From Balanoglossus misakiensis (lineage: Eukaryota > Animalia > Hemichordata), in the NCBI GenBank assembly GCA_040954595.2, contig CM082597.2:1594886-1658885 (forward strand): a DNA stretch of 64,000 nucleotides. The letters are read 5' to 3'. Positions 1 through 13,117 of this stretch are shown here, piece by piece. Positions within the stretch are counted from its first letter, which is position 1, and each line of letters starts with the position of its first letter. Under the pieces are notes generated by a model. That model was not told the origin of the DNA, ran no database searches, and saw only the letters and a program-made list of their open reading frames with translations. The translations under genes were made by a program, and so were the position numbers.

Positions 1-254
1 TACAGATGCTATTTCAGTTTTTTAATAATTGTAAAGTGACTAAAAACGATGAATCAGTAGCTTAGACGATGTCTCGACTTTGCGTCAAACGAGCGCTCTC
101 GCTATGTTCCGGCCTAGGCCTCAGTGGGGTAATAGGCCTAGGCCCGAACATAGCGAGAGCGCTCGTTTGACGCAAGGTCGGGACATCGTCTAAGCTACTG
201 ATTTATCGTTTTTAGTCACTTTACAATTATTAAAAAACTGAAATAGCATCTGCA
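1..254. mobile_element. Long near-perfect inverted repeat (foldback/MITE-like palindrome), about 121-bp arms with a 12-nt loop; probably extends left of the window
   Basis: Positions 1-121 pair with 254-134 (position sums of 255), e.g. cagatgctatttcagttttttaataattgtaaagtgactaaaaacgat vs atcgtttttagtcactttacaattattaaaaaactgaaatagcatctg, with only scattered mismatches; loop 122-133. Lies in the intron upstream of the first visible exon of the Ly6-TSP1 gene. No TSD can be seen because the left end is cut off. Confidence 0.7.
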
Positions 255-342
255 TAAGCGCCTGTGGGGATAGACATTCAAAATCTTAAATATCACAGTC
301 CCTCCGCACACTTTGTTAATATATACAATGATTTGCCCACAG

Positions 343-2747
343 CTGTGTTCGGTGCAACCACAGACAACGGTGCCACCCATTGCTACGCATGTTCCGGCGA
401 AACATGGAACATGGATTGCAGGAGACCTGGGGACGTGGTCACTTGTGACAAGAACGTAAGTATCTGAGAGGATAAAGTTGACAAGTCAATCACTCCCAGC
501 CTTCCCTTTGCGTTAAAATATTTCTCAACTAGGATTTATGAATGAATCTCTTGGAATGAATCTCTCTGTGACTGCGCACAATTGTACAACTTCTCGATAA
601 CGCCACAGACCCAAATGCGGTGATATTGCAGAACGATTCTGAAATATTGGTTTCCAAACTTTATAGACTAGCTTCCAGTGCCGCGGTGTATTTGTATACC
701 ATGTAGCAGTTGTGTGGCAATTATGTTTATTTGCTCTTTTTGCTAGGAATACTGTCAGACAGAATTTAAGAACGACAAGGGAGATCTGACCATCACCAAA
801 AGATGCAAGGAATCCAATGTAAGTTATAGACTTTATAGTTATACTTGACAAGTAGAGGATCAATCTCTGACAAGTTCTTGACCATTAACATTACTTTGCA
901 CCAAGGATTAACATCATCACTTACACTGTGTAATATTTTTTTTGTGTTAACAGGCCTGCTTGAAGCAGGACGAAAACAAACACAGATACTGCGCTGATGG
1001 TATTGTCAAGAGCAAGTGCCGGTATTGCTGCAAGGATGACAACTGTAATGATGATCTGACACACTATCACGAGGTGTTTGGTGAGTTTACATGAGTGTTC
1101 TAAACTACTCTGATTGTGTGTGTGTTCCTCCTAGATAGGAGGATTGCTTGTCAATTGTTAGGAATATTCAGACATACGCGAAACACAATGTATCCTACGT
1201 AATGCACGTAGATTTATTTAGAGATAAGATTTGGTAGCTATATTTTTTATCCACGGGGCAGTTTCTGCCGACAAAATGTCTCAGATCACATTTGAGGGTC
1301 CCGAGCTGGGATAGTGCGTAACAGCGGCCATGTTTGTTGTCTCACTCAGATACAAATTCCCGGAACTACTTTCTTTGTTCGGTTCACAAGATTTCACTTT
1401 TGTAGAAATCTGTCATCTGGCAAATTCTTCGCCACAGCGTATCTTTAGTGCTCTCATTTTGCCATGCAAGACATCTTGAAATAACATGTGTATTCTATGG
1501 CGGTCATTTTAACACAGATGGCTGTGGTCCATGGAGTGGATGGACCGGATGCGAAGACTGCTCTCGCACTCGCACTCGCACCTGTGGCGAATCGTCGAAA
1601 TCCGGTTCCGGTTCTAAATCTGGTTCTAAATCTGGTACCGGTTCTGGTTCTCGCGAAAGGAGGAGACGGGATGTCTCGAGCGAAGAGGAAATCGAAGAAG
1701 AGGAGAGGGACAAGAGAAGTAAAAGCGGAAGTAAAAGTGGAAGTAAAAGCGGAAGTGGAGAGCTGTACACTGAAGAACAAACGGACGATTGCTGTGTCAC
1801 CAGTATGTCACAAACGACTTTATTTATGTACAGTTATTAACACCTTGTCTACTTCAAAATGATTGTTAACTTTTCATTCAGAATCTTATATACATTTCTA
1901 CACTGGCGCACACACCCGTGCACAAATGAAAGAACATCTAGAGCATCAGCTGTGTCACGTGTGTGCTTTCTGAAGCCTGATGGACTCCGGTGATGGATAA
2001 ATTCACTCGGGTAGCGATATTGATTTTCTCTCTCTTTTTTTTACCCAGGCTGTCACCAATGTGATTCCGTCAAGATTGATTTCTCATGGTCTGTGTTCAC
2101 TTTGTTTGACGTCCTATCCACTAACTGCTCAATTGTGTCGTGCCCAGCAGAAGAGTCAATGTGTACAACTCTGTACTCCTTTGATGAAGATGGTGCGCCA
2201 ACCATGACTAGAGGGTTCGTATTAAAATTTCGACCTCGTGTAACAGAGATTATGTTACATTAAAAGATGAATATCGTGACTTCTTATGCGGATGTGCCAA
2301 ATCAGATACTCTGGTTACAAAAATTGTTAGCCTAGTCCTAGCCGTATTTTGTCCGCTTTGCTTCCAAAACTAACGTCTAGCCTCACTCATGCCACTGGCC
2401 CAATAAAACCCCATACCCCTCTAAATCCTCTATTTATGCTTCCTCTTCATTTTCTCTATGGAAACAGATGCGTCACACCAGGTACATGCAAATTTCTAAA
2501 GGACGCGTCAAGCCCTGTGTGCCCACCAGTTGTCATGAACGACGAAGAAGCTCTCTTCGTTGGCTTGACCCTGGAAGAAGGAACCACGTGTTCCTACTGC
2601 TGCGACAATGGACCAGATGAAGACAACGTCGTCTGCAACTCTGGAATCGTTCCACCCTGGAAGTATATCTACAACGCCGCCACAAACACCGCAGCAAGCA
2701 TCGTTGGCACTGTTGCAATGGTGTTTGCTGCTGTGTATTTGGTGTAG
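343..2747 (+). CDS. GPI-anchored Ly6/uPAR (three-finger) - TSP1 - Ly6/uPAR protein, 5' end (signal peptide exon) outside the window
   Basis: Phase-consistent GT-AG exons 343-455, 747-818, 954-1080, 1518-1802, 2049-2214, 2468-2747. LU domain 1: THCYAC...CDKNEYCQTE...ITKRC...CRYCCKDDNCN. TSP1-like: CGPWSGWTGCEDCSRTRTRTC. LU domain 2: SCHQC...CPAEESMC...TRGC...CSYCCDNG...VCN. Ends in a hydrophobic GPI-type tail (NAATNTAASIVGTVAMVFAAVYLV*). AATAAA at 3467-3472. Confidence 0.85.
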
Positions 2748-3235
2748 TTGTTGACATGTTTTGATCTGATTTTGTCCAACAACAACAACGACAACCCAAA
2801 CTGGCCCTTTGAAGGGCCAGTAGGGCTGTGGAAACCCTAAGTGTGGTAGCTGTTTTTTAGGAAACCGTTTTGTCGGACATAATTGCTGAAGTCATTTACG
2901 CCGAGCACACAGACAAGTGTTTATAACTTAGTTGAAACTATCGTTTCGTGTCTGTCTTAGTTCAATCATACAGATGAACTGTATTTTGTTTCCGAATTAG
3001 TTTGCATTTGACGATAGCTTGCCTTATGCAAGGAGTGATGTCATTTGTCAAAAATGAAGAGTAAAGAGTGGCTAGACCACTTATCGCTCATCCAATCAAC
3101 CGGCTTATCCGTCCATTAAAATTGTCAATGACCAATTAAAATGATCTGGCATCGACCGAGATCAATGGTTCAGTAAATTGGCGCACCAGTTGTTTAACAC
3201 TTGTATAAACAGACACTCACATAAACATTTAACCC

Positions 3236-3362
3236 CCACAACACAACACAACACAACACAACACAACACAACACAACACAACACAACACAACACAACACA
3301 ACACAACACAACACAACACAAACATTGAAATGCATGTGCACACCACACCACACCACACCACA
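3236..3362. repeat. (ACACA)n pentanucleotide microsatellite followed by a short (CACAC)n run
   Basis: Uninterrupted acaca repeats about 3236-3320, then caccacacca repeats; in the 3' UTR of the Ly6-TSP1 gene. Confidence 0.95.
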
Positions 3363-5434
3363 TCATATCTGACGTAATGATACACATCTTGTACATTTAA
3401 CTTTAAATTCATTAACCAACTGTACATTCTTCTGTATATCATTATGCTGTATATATTGAATATGTAAATAAATGATATTAGAATATTGCAAATTTGTCAT
3501 CTGTTTCGACTTAATAATCGAAGAATTTTACCACAAACTGTGGCGATTGATTCTGTAAAATGTACTATACGAGTAAAAGTCGTTCACAATGTTATACTGT
3601 CGACAATACACCAAATTTCGCCAACCTCCATGTTACCTATAGGTGAGTGACCGAGTACGAGGAGATTTTTAACGGAATTTTTAGAGAGTCGTTTTGCTAT
3701 TCAACGTTGCTCGCATCTGGACAGCGCACACAAAACCATCATATGCCCTCGGTTGTAGCTGTCTCGGCATATATAATAATACAATGCAATTTAGGTCACC
3801 AATTCGTGTTTATTCAAAGGGTTGTCCCTTAATCTTGTTTACTGATTTTCAAGTGGGTGTTCGAAAACTCTCAAGCTGTTTCCAACAATAGACATGGTGT
3901 TTCTTCAGGCGGGACTTACCCCGTGGACAATACGGTGTTGTTCGGCCAAAGTAGGTCACGGTAGCATGCCGACACACCCACCATTGACGTGCCATGGCGA
4001 TGTTATTGAGGCCAGAAAAATGAATACAAAATTGAACAATGTAGCGCACAGACGACATCAAGGGAGGATTGTCCACGCCGCGGAGTGATACAATATCTTT
4101 ACCGATGCAGAGCGATCAATCTGAATGTGACATTGAGTTGACCACAATTTGGCCGCGGTTTGATGGAGTGTTTGGGGCAAAACAAAGACAAAACCTCCGG
4201 TCAACATGTGCATCAAGTGGCTAGGTATCAAACGTGTTATTTATTTACACCGAATACGACGATATCACCTTGAGGGACACAAGCGCAATTTCTAACACAG
4301 GAGGCGCCCTACCCTCTTAACATCGTCAGTAATACACAGCGTCCTCATCGTCGAATGTAGAGCAGCTGCTGATCGCAATCATAAATGGACATCAGATTCA
4401 TTCAGCCCGAGATTCATTATATGTTTGTATTTCCCCAGATCCTCTTTCTTGATGGCAACGGAAGAAGCAGACGAGCCTGGGTAACCAAGACTATGTAAAG
4501 CTGGTCTCCTGAAGGCCAAAGAGTGCACTTCGTGTCCATTGGTCAGTCTATAGTGTTCATATGTAGCAGGTTATGTGAAACATGCTTTTGGAGAAACAGG
4601 TAAACGCCAAAGCTTGTCTAGTAAATGATTGTACACACATTTGAAGTCAACAAGCTCTTTATATCTCTCAATCATTATTCAATATACATAATTGTTTACA
4701 TCTGAGTGAGTTTTAATTCCTGAATTCAGGTTTCGACACCTTATTCTCATTGAGAAATTCTACAGAAAAAGAATAAATTATTCAAAATAGAGGATTACGG
4801 GTAAGTTCTATTAAAGTGTTCGTGGAAGAAAACGGAATTCTTTATTTGAACACTCAAGTACTGTAATTTTGCTGTCGACTTCATCATGCACACCCACATG
4901 CCCTAAAAATTGTGAAACTAGTGGACTATAGCGTTTCATTGTCTTGTTGAGTTGTGTATTACAATATGGTATCCAAACTAGTTTTCATCAATTTGACTTT
5001 GATGTAAATTATTGTAACACCCTAAAATATTAGTTTGCTGTACCATATATTTAAAGACTTATTCTTTTGACATATCTGGGTACAGTTGAAAAATTTATAA
5101 ACCCCCAAATAAGTCAAAATATTGCATTTTTAGTGTTTTATCGTAATCATTCAGGACATCCTGAAATCAAAAATAACTCAAAATATTGCCTCTTCTACAA
5201 GTTTCTTTTACACAGTATTACAAAACAATTTCAGATTAATCTTATGGTCATGTGTGTTTTGGACAAGTGGAAGACATTGTTGCATTCGCAGCACCAGAAT
5301 TCTTTATTGCTGGTTACATTCACAGACACACATTCATCCCTTTGTTATGTATCCCCTGGCAGCATGGTTCAAGAGTTGCAAAAAGCATTGTCTTCATCTC
5401 GCAGTTTGCCTTGGAAGTATTTCCGGTAATTTGA

Positions 5435-8400
5435 CTATTTCTCTGTCCTTTTTGTTGCGTTTTCAGCACTTGCACCATCGGAAACATTTCGAATATGAGC
5501 AGTGGAGTTCTGTCCGTCAAGTGAGTTCTTAGATAAGAGTGTGTAAGTACTGTACGAGTGAGTGTCCCCTGCAGTAAGCAATGCCTTGGAATCACTTTGG
5601 TCAGCTTGCGAGTCTTCGTAAATATTCTGAGAATTCACATCTGAGCCACTTTTCATGTCGTCATTGCGCAGCGGTTGGATATTGCGTTCAGGTAAGGAAA
5701 CCTTTAAATTTGTTTCGCTTTCAATATCAAGCTGTGCACTCTCTGCACCTCCAGTCCTTCCAATATTATAATTCAGTTCTATTTCTTCCTGCGATAAGTT
5801 CAAATCTTCCAACGGTATGCCGTCAACAAATGGAGGCGGATCTATTCCATCCCCGCTATTCTCACTAATTGGTTGGTATTCATCAGAATGCCGATCGTCG
5901 CTGTCTGATTTGTCCTCTTTGTTGAAGAATGCTTGTTCTATCGTGTAGTAAACCGACATGAAGACGGCAAAGCTACCAATCAAGCAAAGAATCTGCAGAA
6001 AAATGAAAAAAAGATCATGGATGTAGTCACTGAAACTAAACTGCATCTATGTACTATAAAACGGGGAATGTATGGTTAACATAGACTTACCTTGAGTGTT
6101 CTTGGTGAGATAAGTTTGGATTCATCATACGCCACTGGTAATGGGGGTGGACAGGGCCGAGTTTCATTCATGTGTAAATAATCGCCGAACATGGCATCTT
6201 CCACTTCACTGTGGGGGAGGAAGGTAGATGTTAGATATAGTTACTTATTGAAATGAAATGAGGTGAAATCCTAATAATCTAATTGAGCATTCTTGTTTGC
6301 TAAAGATTATAAGATAGGTGTGGTTTTGCACACACAAAAACCTTGTGTCACTAAAGATACTAATTTTCAATTTCCAATCAAGTATTTTGTTTTGTATTTA
6401 AGAGGTAAGAGTCAACATACTATCGTCTGAGTCTGAGGTCATTTGAGGTCATAGCTGATCCATACAATGTCAACTTCCAATGGTGGAGTTTCGCGGAGTG
6501 GGCACTTCCTGCAGAAAGTAGGTAAGAATGAACATAATTATTTACAACACCATTTCCAAACTAGAATTATGTGGCTTATGTCAGCCACTACGTTTGCTAG
6601 TGGTAGAATGACGCTTTGAAAGATGTTTTTATGTGAGCGACCATCTTGGATAAGTGTGTTAATTTTATGTGAGTTGACTACATGGTCACTTACCGTGATC
6701 TATAACCCGTAACTTCCAAACTCCAGCTGGCCTTTCGCCCCAGCATCTAACCGTTGAGAATGGCCAGTCCACAAACCCTGAAACAGAACTGTAAATATAT
6801 CTAATTAGTATCAATTTGACAGCAAATACGAACGAATACATAATTCCCATATCGGCACTGGTGGAAAAGCATACTGATTCAATGAAGGGTTATATTTTTC
6901 ACCCAAAATGAGCAAAATGTGGCTATTCTATGTGAACTTACGTGTCTTTTGGTCGTGGTGATGCGATAACCGATGTAGTGCCGCTTGGGCAGATAAGATG
7001 CATGGCAAGTTGACCGCGTACAGCATGTGAGACGGAAACCGTGACTTGGACATGTTCTAATGTCTCCATCTGGACAGAAGTGGTCTCTTCTTCAGTTACT
7101 GGAAAGGAATAATCAACGTTAAAACAGGTAAAGGGTCTTTGTCCTGTACCATACAATATGTGTATTACTATACTGCGAAAGAGAGCAAAGAATGTTAACA
7201 TCATATGCCTTACTTTCAAAACTAACGATGAGAGTGTCTGTGCCATCTGGTATCTTCTTCTCTTCTGAGATTTTGGATGTGACCATTGAAGTCATCCATG
7301 GCACGTTCTGCCAGACCTTGGCAGCGTTGACAAGTCGCCACGCGTTCAGAAGGCCAAAACCATGTTGGTGGCTGTGGTGGAACCCGGCCTTGTTGGTGTA
7401 CCATACAGAATTACCTTCATCCACCTGAAAACAAAATGGAACAATCCAATACTCATGTGTTACTGGAAGAGTTCATACTGTCCTGGGGGTGAGTTTATCA
7501 CAAAATTATTTATACCTTACTTGCATGTCAACATCTTGCAAACGAAAACATACCCCACAGTGCAATTTAGAAAATAAGCCAAAACAGGAAGTGAACGACA
7601 GGCCACAGGTCAACTCACCAGTGTTGAGGTCATCACCATGATGTGTTGGACATCTCTCCACGTCAGACATGGCCTGGCTTCCAGCATCAAAGCAATCATA
7701 CCGGCTGCCAGAGGGGCAGCAGCTGACGTCCCTGTGTGTTTAGTGGTACAGCCTGTGCCTTGCCCAAGTGTCCAGTCTGTGGTTACCTAGGATTAAACAG
7801 CCATAAAGCACTTAACCAGGGTTGACTTTTTTGACACATTCATGATATTTATTACATGTTTGCAGCCATAGAGATAAGACTGTTGACACCTGGACCATGA
7901 AATGGGGCCGATTTACCCTTTTGAGTAGCTTCTTGGTAACACATACATGCACTATGTATCTTGATAAACACTGTTGATTCAAGGGGTGTTCTTGTCAAGC
8001 TAGACCGAGAATTTATGTAATTATTGTGGAAGAACACATCATTCAGGACTCTCCAGTTGAGTTGGCATTTGCCAAAACTTGATGGAACAGAGAAAAAAAC
8101 TTCAGTAACATGAGAACGAAAATTTCAACTTACGATACTTCTTTCTGGGTTCTGTCCACTGCTAAAAGTCACAGCTATCATAGAAGCACATTCCTCGGCA
8201 TAAAAAGGCATGAGTCCTTTCTCATCAACAGCTCCTATGATTGCGAACCAAAAAACAACTTACATATTAAAGGGACAATGTCACAAAGTCATCAAATATT
8301 CCTTGACAAAGCAAACATAATCCTCTCTTCAGATATTTTACACCGATAAAAAAGTTCTCGTAAAGAAAATGAGGTATCTACCTATCGTTATTGTGTAAAT

Positions 8401-11400
8401 TGAATTGGCATAGCCATCGAAGTTGCAGTTGTCACCATAGCGACCACCGTTCCCACTGGCAACCACAAAGATGTTCCCGTATCCTTTTCTTCCAGCTGAA
8501 ACTCCGTGTTGAAGAGCAGCCTGGATTAGAAGAAGCAAATGAAGATGGTTTAAAATCTGTATTTATAGATTACTTCAATAATGTAGATAGATTCTACCAA
8601 AGTTTACTAGAGGAAATTACGGGCTATAAAACACGGTGATCTTTTGAAGGATGTGGTAATAGTAAAGAAGATTTGTGGTAAGTGACTGAGATGGAATACC
8701 TTTGCAAGAGGATGGGGACCATCTACCGTTTCACCGTCATCATCAGGACCCCAACTGGAAGAAATCACAGAAATGTAAGTTTCATCTAAATACATATAAG
8801 AATGTGTCGACAAAACATACTATTATCCTGAACAGCAATTCTGATAGAAGTTTACATGTTGAGGGCGCTCTTGCAACTAATACCAGTGCACCAGAAATTA
8901 ATGTTTACCTGCAGCTATAGATGTCGTTGACCTGCATATATTTATTGAACGCTGTGGCTTCTAGACTGTCGGTCATAGGACCATCTAAGGCACGTATTCC
9001 TAAATGGGAGAAGTCAAATAATACGTGGTTGTTACTTTGTATTACACTGTAGTGTAACTGCTACAATGTACATCATTGCAAACAGTTTGGTTGTTACTTT
9101 GTATTACACTGTAGTGTAACTGCTACAATGTACATCATTGCAAACAGTTTGGTTGTTACTTTGTATTACACTGTAGTGTAACTGCTACAATGTACATCAT
9201 TGCAAACAGTTTGGTTGTTACTTTGTATTACACTGTAGTGTAACTGCTACAATGTACATCATTGTCAACAATATGGTTGTTACTTTGTATTACACTGTAG
9301 TGTAACTGCTACAATGTACATCATTGCAAACAATGTGGTTGTTAGTTTGTATTACACTGTAGTGTAACTGCTACAATGTACATCATTGCAAACAATGTGG
9401 TTGTTACTTTGTATTACACTGTAGTGTAACTGTTACAATGTACATCATTGCATACAATGTAGTTGTTACTTTGTAATACACTGTACATCATGGCCAACAA
9501 TTATCAATAAGTATAGATATAGACTGAAACTATAATACATGTCTCAAACATAATCTGTATTTTATCAATCACACTGTATGGCTGTTAGACTTACCTGAGA
9601 CTTTAGCACCGTGAGCTACCCCCACCCCGCATATATTATTGGCGACTGCACCAATCTCCCCCGCACATCGCGTACCGTGATGATTTTGCCCCTTGGCATC
9701 TACGGTCGGCATGGGATCCGCATCATTAGAATTCAAATCCCAGCTCCCTTCTTTGCTCTGTAAAAGAAATCATATATGATATATTGCCCACGCTGGATTG
9801 GAATATTGCTTGATACATCTGAAATTACTTTATTCATTATGTATCTTTGTGAAACACAGGTATTGAGCTGTTTCACTTGGGTTTATATGAGCAGAAGTGC
9901 TTGTCCAACAAAAGTATTCAACTATATTTCTCATCATGATCAATTATTATAATCCTTGTATCCAGAACCATCTGCAGGGAATTTCATATCAAATCAATGA
10001 AGTGTCAGACTGTCCCATAGGAGGATTAACATGAAACAGTACATCATCAAAGGATGGGGATTCTCTGTGATGCAGATGAGATAAGGCTAGTAAAAGATTA
10101 CGATGTACTCACATAATTCTCTAATATATCTGGGTTACTCCATTCAAGGCCTGCGAAATAAACCAGACAAATTTATTTGCATGAGTGGTAGGAATTACTC
10201 ATGTAGATTTGTTTTCATTGAATATGCCTGCTTGCATATATGTAATTTGATATAACATGCATGTAGAATATCACAGAAATATGAAGACTGATTTTTGTAG
10301 TTTTCAGTACGTGTGGTTAATTTTCAGAAACTGTGAAATATAAATGTAATGCATTTTCTAATTGGAGATATTTTGTCATAAATATCACGAGTCGAGTCAC
10401 AGATGTTTCATCGCTGTTGTGTCGTCTGGCACAGAAATATTTTATTATTATCCAAAAAAGGATAATTACAAGTCATACGACTGAAACAGGTAATTATTTT
10501 TACACAATTTCAAATGGTTTTACTCTGACCAATCACAACACTGGCAGCTGACTGTGGTACAGTCCCAGACTGGACTACGCTAGTTTTCACGTCTCATCTG
10601 CATAATGTGACCTCATTTGCATACAATATGACCTCATTTGCATACAGCACGTGATTATGACTAAGGCGACAATAGTTTGCGAACATCTGCCGCCAGGTTT
10701 ATTGATATTTGATTTCAAAAAAGCAGTTTTATAATAGTAATGCAATAAGATTTGAAAAACCCAGTCTATTTTACAAAATAAGCAGCCATTTCAGAAATCA
10801 CTTGGTTTTAGTAATTTTCACCTCAGTCCTGGAATATTTTTTTTTCAAATTTCACTGAACAACAATTCTCATACATGTACATCTTTTTTTATCTATGGTT
10901 TATCTTGCACCAATGCTGATGTGTAATATTGACACAAACTCTTTTTTCCTGCCAATGCAGGCAACCTTGTAATCTTTCTATTTTTTGAGTGCAAATTCCT
11001 TGGTTGACTAGAATTGCTTCACATGGGTTTATTTACCCATGTCAATAACTTGGTATTTATCAAATATTCTACTTGTAGATGTGGCATGTGATGACATTGG
11101 TTACGCAGAACTGTGGACAATAACTTACCATCATCAATGACGGATACTGTCACCCCTTTCCCAGTGATTCCATTCTCCCAGACACCGGTGACGTTGATAT
11201 CCATCAGTGGGTACCGGAAATTATGCTAAGAGAGAGACAACACAAAGAGATGGAAGTCATTCCAGGCTTTGAAAGTAATGTCAACTCCATGGTGATGAAG
11301 GATATGTCGAGGTAACAGTGGAAAGTAATTTGGTGCTGTACTGTACACATACATGTGTGTTGTCAAAACTCCTAGGGCAACAGCATACACCTATCCCCCC

Positions 11401-11946
11401 CAACCAAAGAAGCCTGGAATATGTCTTTGATTGGTTCGTAAATGAACTTACCAGGTGCCACTGGTAGGGAAACTCTGGATCGGTGAAGTCCAACGACCGT
11501 TTGACTCTCTGTCGTATCACCTGCTGATTAAACCACTCAATGTGTTTGTGATCTGAAAGTCTCTTCTCGATATCATCTTGCAAATTTTGTAAATTAGTTT
11601 TGTCTTCATCCGATGCTTTATTGTGCGTTGAGTTGTGGTAAGTTTCGTGCACAAATAAATAATGGCCGAACAGCTCTCCGACTTGCCCCATACTGATCAA
11701 TCCCACCTCCCTCGCGACTAGATCCGCGACTTCGTCAAGAACGGTTTCGTTCGACTCCAGAACTGAATCAAAGCGGATTTTGACTCCCCAGGATGGCGTT
11801 CCTTGTGATTTTACGGACACTCTCTGCCCGGACGTTTCTTCGGGCACGTATCGAAGATACAAGGCACATATTGAGGGCGCTTCCAGGAAGTAACACAAGA
11901 CAAGAAGCACCGTCAAGCGTTGAACAGCTGATGCGTGCACGCACAT
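5435..11946 (-). CDS. PCSK7: Proprotein convertase subtilisin/kexin type 7 (PC7), about 857 aa
   Basis: 15 phase-consistent exons: 11946-11452, 11225-11129, 10150-10113, 9757-9595, 8999-8909, 8754-8700, 8520-8382, 8234-8134, 7786-7619, 7424-7214, 7098-6942, 6788-6694, 6508-6421, 6208-6091, 5992-5435. Signal peptide; prodomain cleavage RQRVKR|S; catalytic Asp (VIDDG), His ([10 protein letters not shown]), oxyanion Asn (VASGNGG), Ser (HTGTSAAAP); P domain (TLEHVQVTV...FSTVRCWGE); TM helix. PC7-type motifs [17 protein letters not shown] and [22 protein letters not shown]. Confidence 0.95.
9027..9490. repeat. 62-bp minisatellite, about 7.5 copies, in PCSK7 intron 4
   Basis: Unit ggttgttactttgtattacactgtagtgtaactgctacaatgtacatcattgcaaacagttt starts at 9027, 9089, 9151, 9213 and onward; the first three copies are identical and later ones diverge. 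Confidence 0.95.
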
Positions 11947-13000
11947 GTTGTCGCGCAAAATGTACTCAAACCGCTACTTTAACCTTTCATGGTTCATTCT
12001 TGCTATTTTCTGAAAAAAAAGATAAAAAAATGTTACACTTATCATTTGGTGATTTCAAGAAGCTAAGTTTGACATTCTCCACCTTACAGTGCAGACCGAA
12101 ACATAGTTTCTAAAGGGGTAACACTAGAATTAGTCTGGGTTAGCCGCGAGCTAGCTCAGTTAGTATGTGATTTTCACCTTACAGTATGCAATTACCATAA
12201 ATCCACTTATCTATGATTTTTTTAATGCAGAGAACCTTTAATATATACTCATTAGATTTGATCTATACATAAAGTGATGACTCAACCAAATTCACAGATC
12301 TGATCTCAATACATTTCAGTTAAAGAAGAAAATGTCGTAATGGGAAAATGTTTATTCACCCTGATAATATGAATGACATCATCGCAGTCTGTCCATTTTC
12401 CAAAAATAAACATTAAGGTCGAAAGCAAAACACAGCTGTGACACAAACATCATTGAAATCATAGCGTCCATGTTACGTACCGTATTTCTCAAACTGTCCT
12501 TCAATATGCAGTAAATACTTTTTGTAAATTATGGAATTTGTCCGGTAATCGGCAAGGTCAATGAAATTGCTAGTCAACATTTTGATGTAATTTGCAGAAT
12601 ATATTTGTCAAGATTCGCTTCGATTCTAACAACGTAATGTATGGTGTTGTGGCAGCTGTATGCTTGGTCATGTGACCAAAGTAAACAAATCTACAGGCAT
12701 ATACAAATATTATGACATACCTTTACTCTGCACCCAGTTCTTTATGTTCTAATTTAGTGTGATGTCTTGTTTACATTAAGCAAAATTTAACACCCAAACT
12801 CACAGGGGTTATTTTGCTCCAGGGTATCAAGTATGCTATCGCAGTATTGATTCTCTTTTCTGGGTATTTAAAGATCTCGGATTTCATAGCCGACTTCAGT
12901 GGTATGCACACTCACATGTACGCATGCTTGTCCAAGTTCATGTAGATCAGGTTTGGGTAAACTCACAGCTAACTCAACTATTTACATGTGTATATCTTAC

Positions 13001-13117
13001 CTGTAGAATACAATGTCTGCATCACGACAGTGTTAGGCAGTGTTTGTACTCGCTCTAGATGCATTCATCAACAATTCACCATACACAGTTGGTGCCGAAA
13101 ATATCTGCACAAAGATC
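13001..13117 (-). other. Probable non-coding 5' UTR exon of PCSK7
   Basis: Strong minus-strand acceptor (tttttttattttctgctag) and donor (ctacag|gtaaga) flank a segment with stops in all three frames. A further donor at about 12480 (acg|gtacgt) and an acceptor at about 12010 (tttttttcag) lie between it and the PCSK7 ATG. Confidence 0.45.

Noticed and set aside
3162-3442. CCVVL/TTQHN repeat ORFs
   Set aside because: Translations of the (ACACA)n microsatellite.
3920-3995. Minus-strand ATG in good context followed by a strong GG|GTAAGT donor (MARQWWVCRH...)
   Set aside because: No convincing downstream acceptor or exon and no recognisable protein; cannot be supported.
9027-9490. Regularly spaced palindromic repeats resembling a CRISPR array
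   Set aside because: The whole 62-bp unit repeats with no unique spacers, there are no cas genes, and it lies in a eukaryotic intron.
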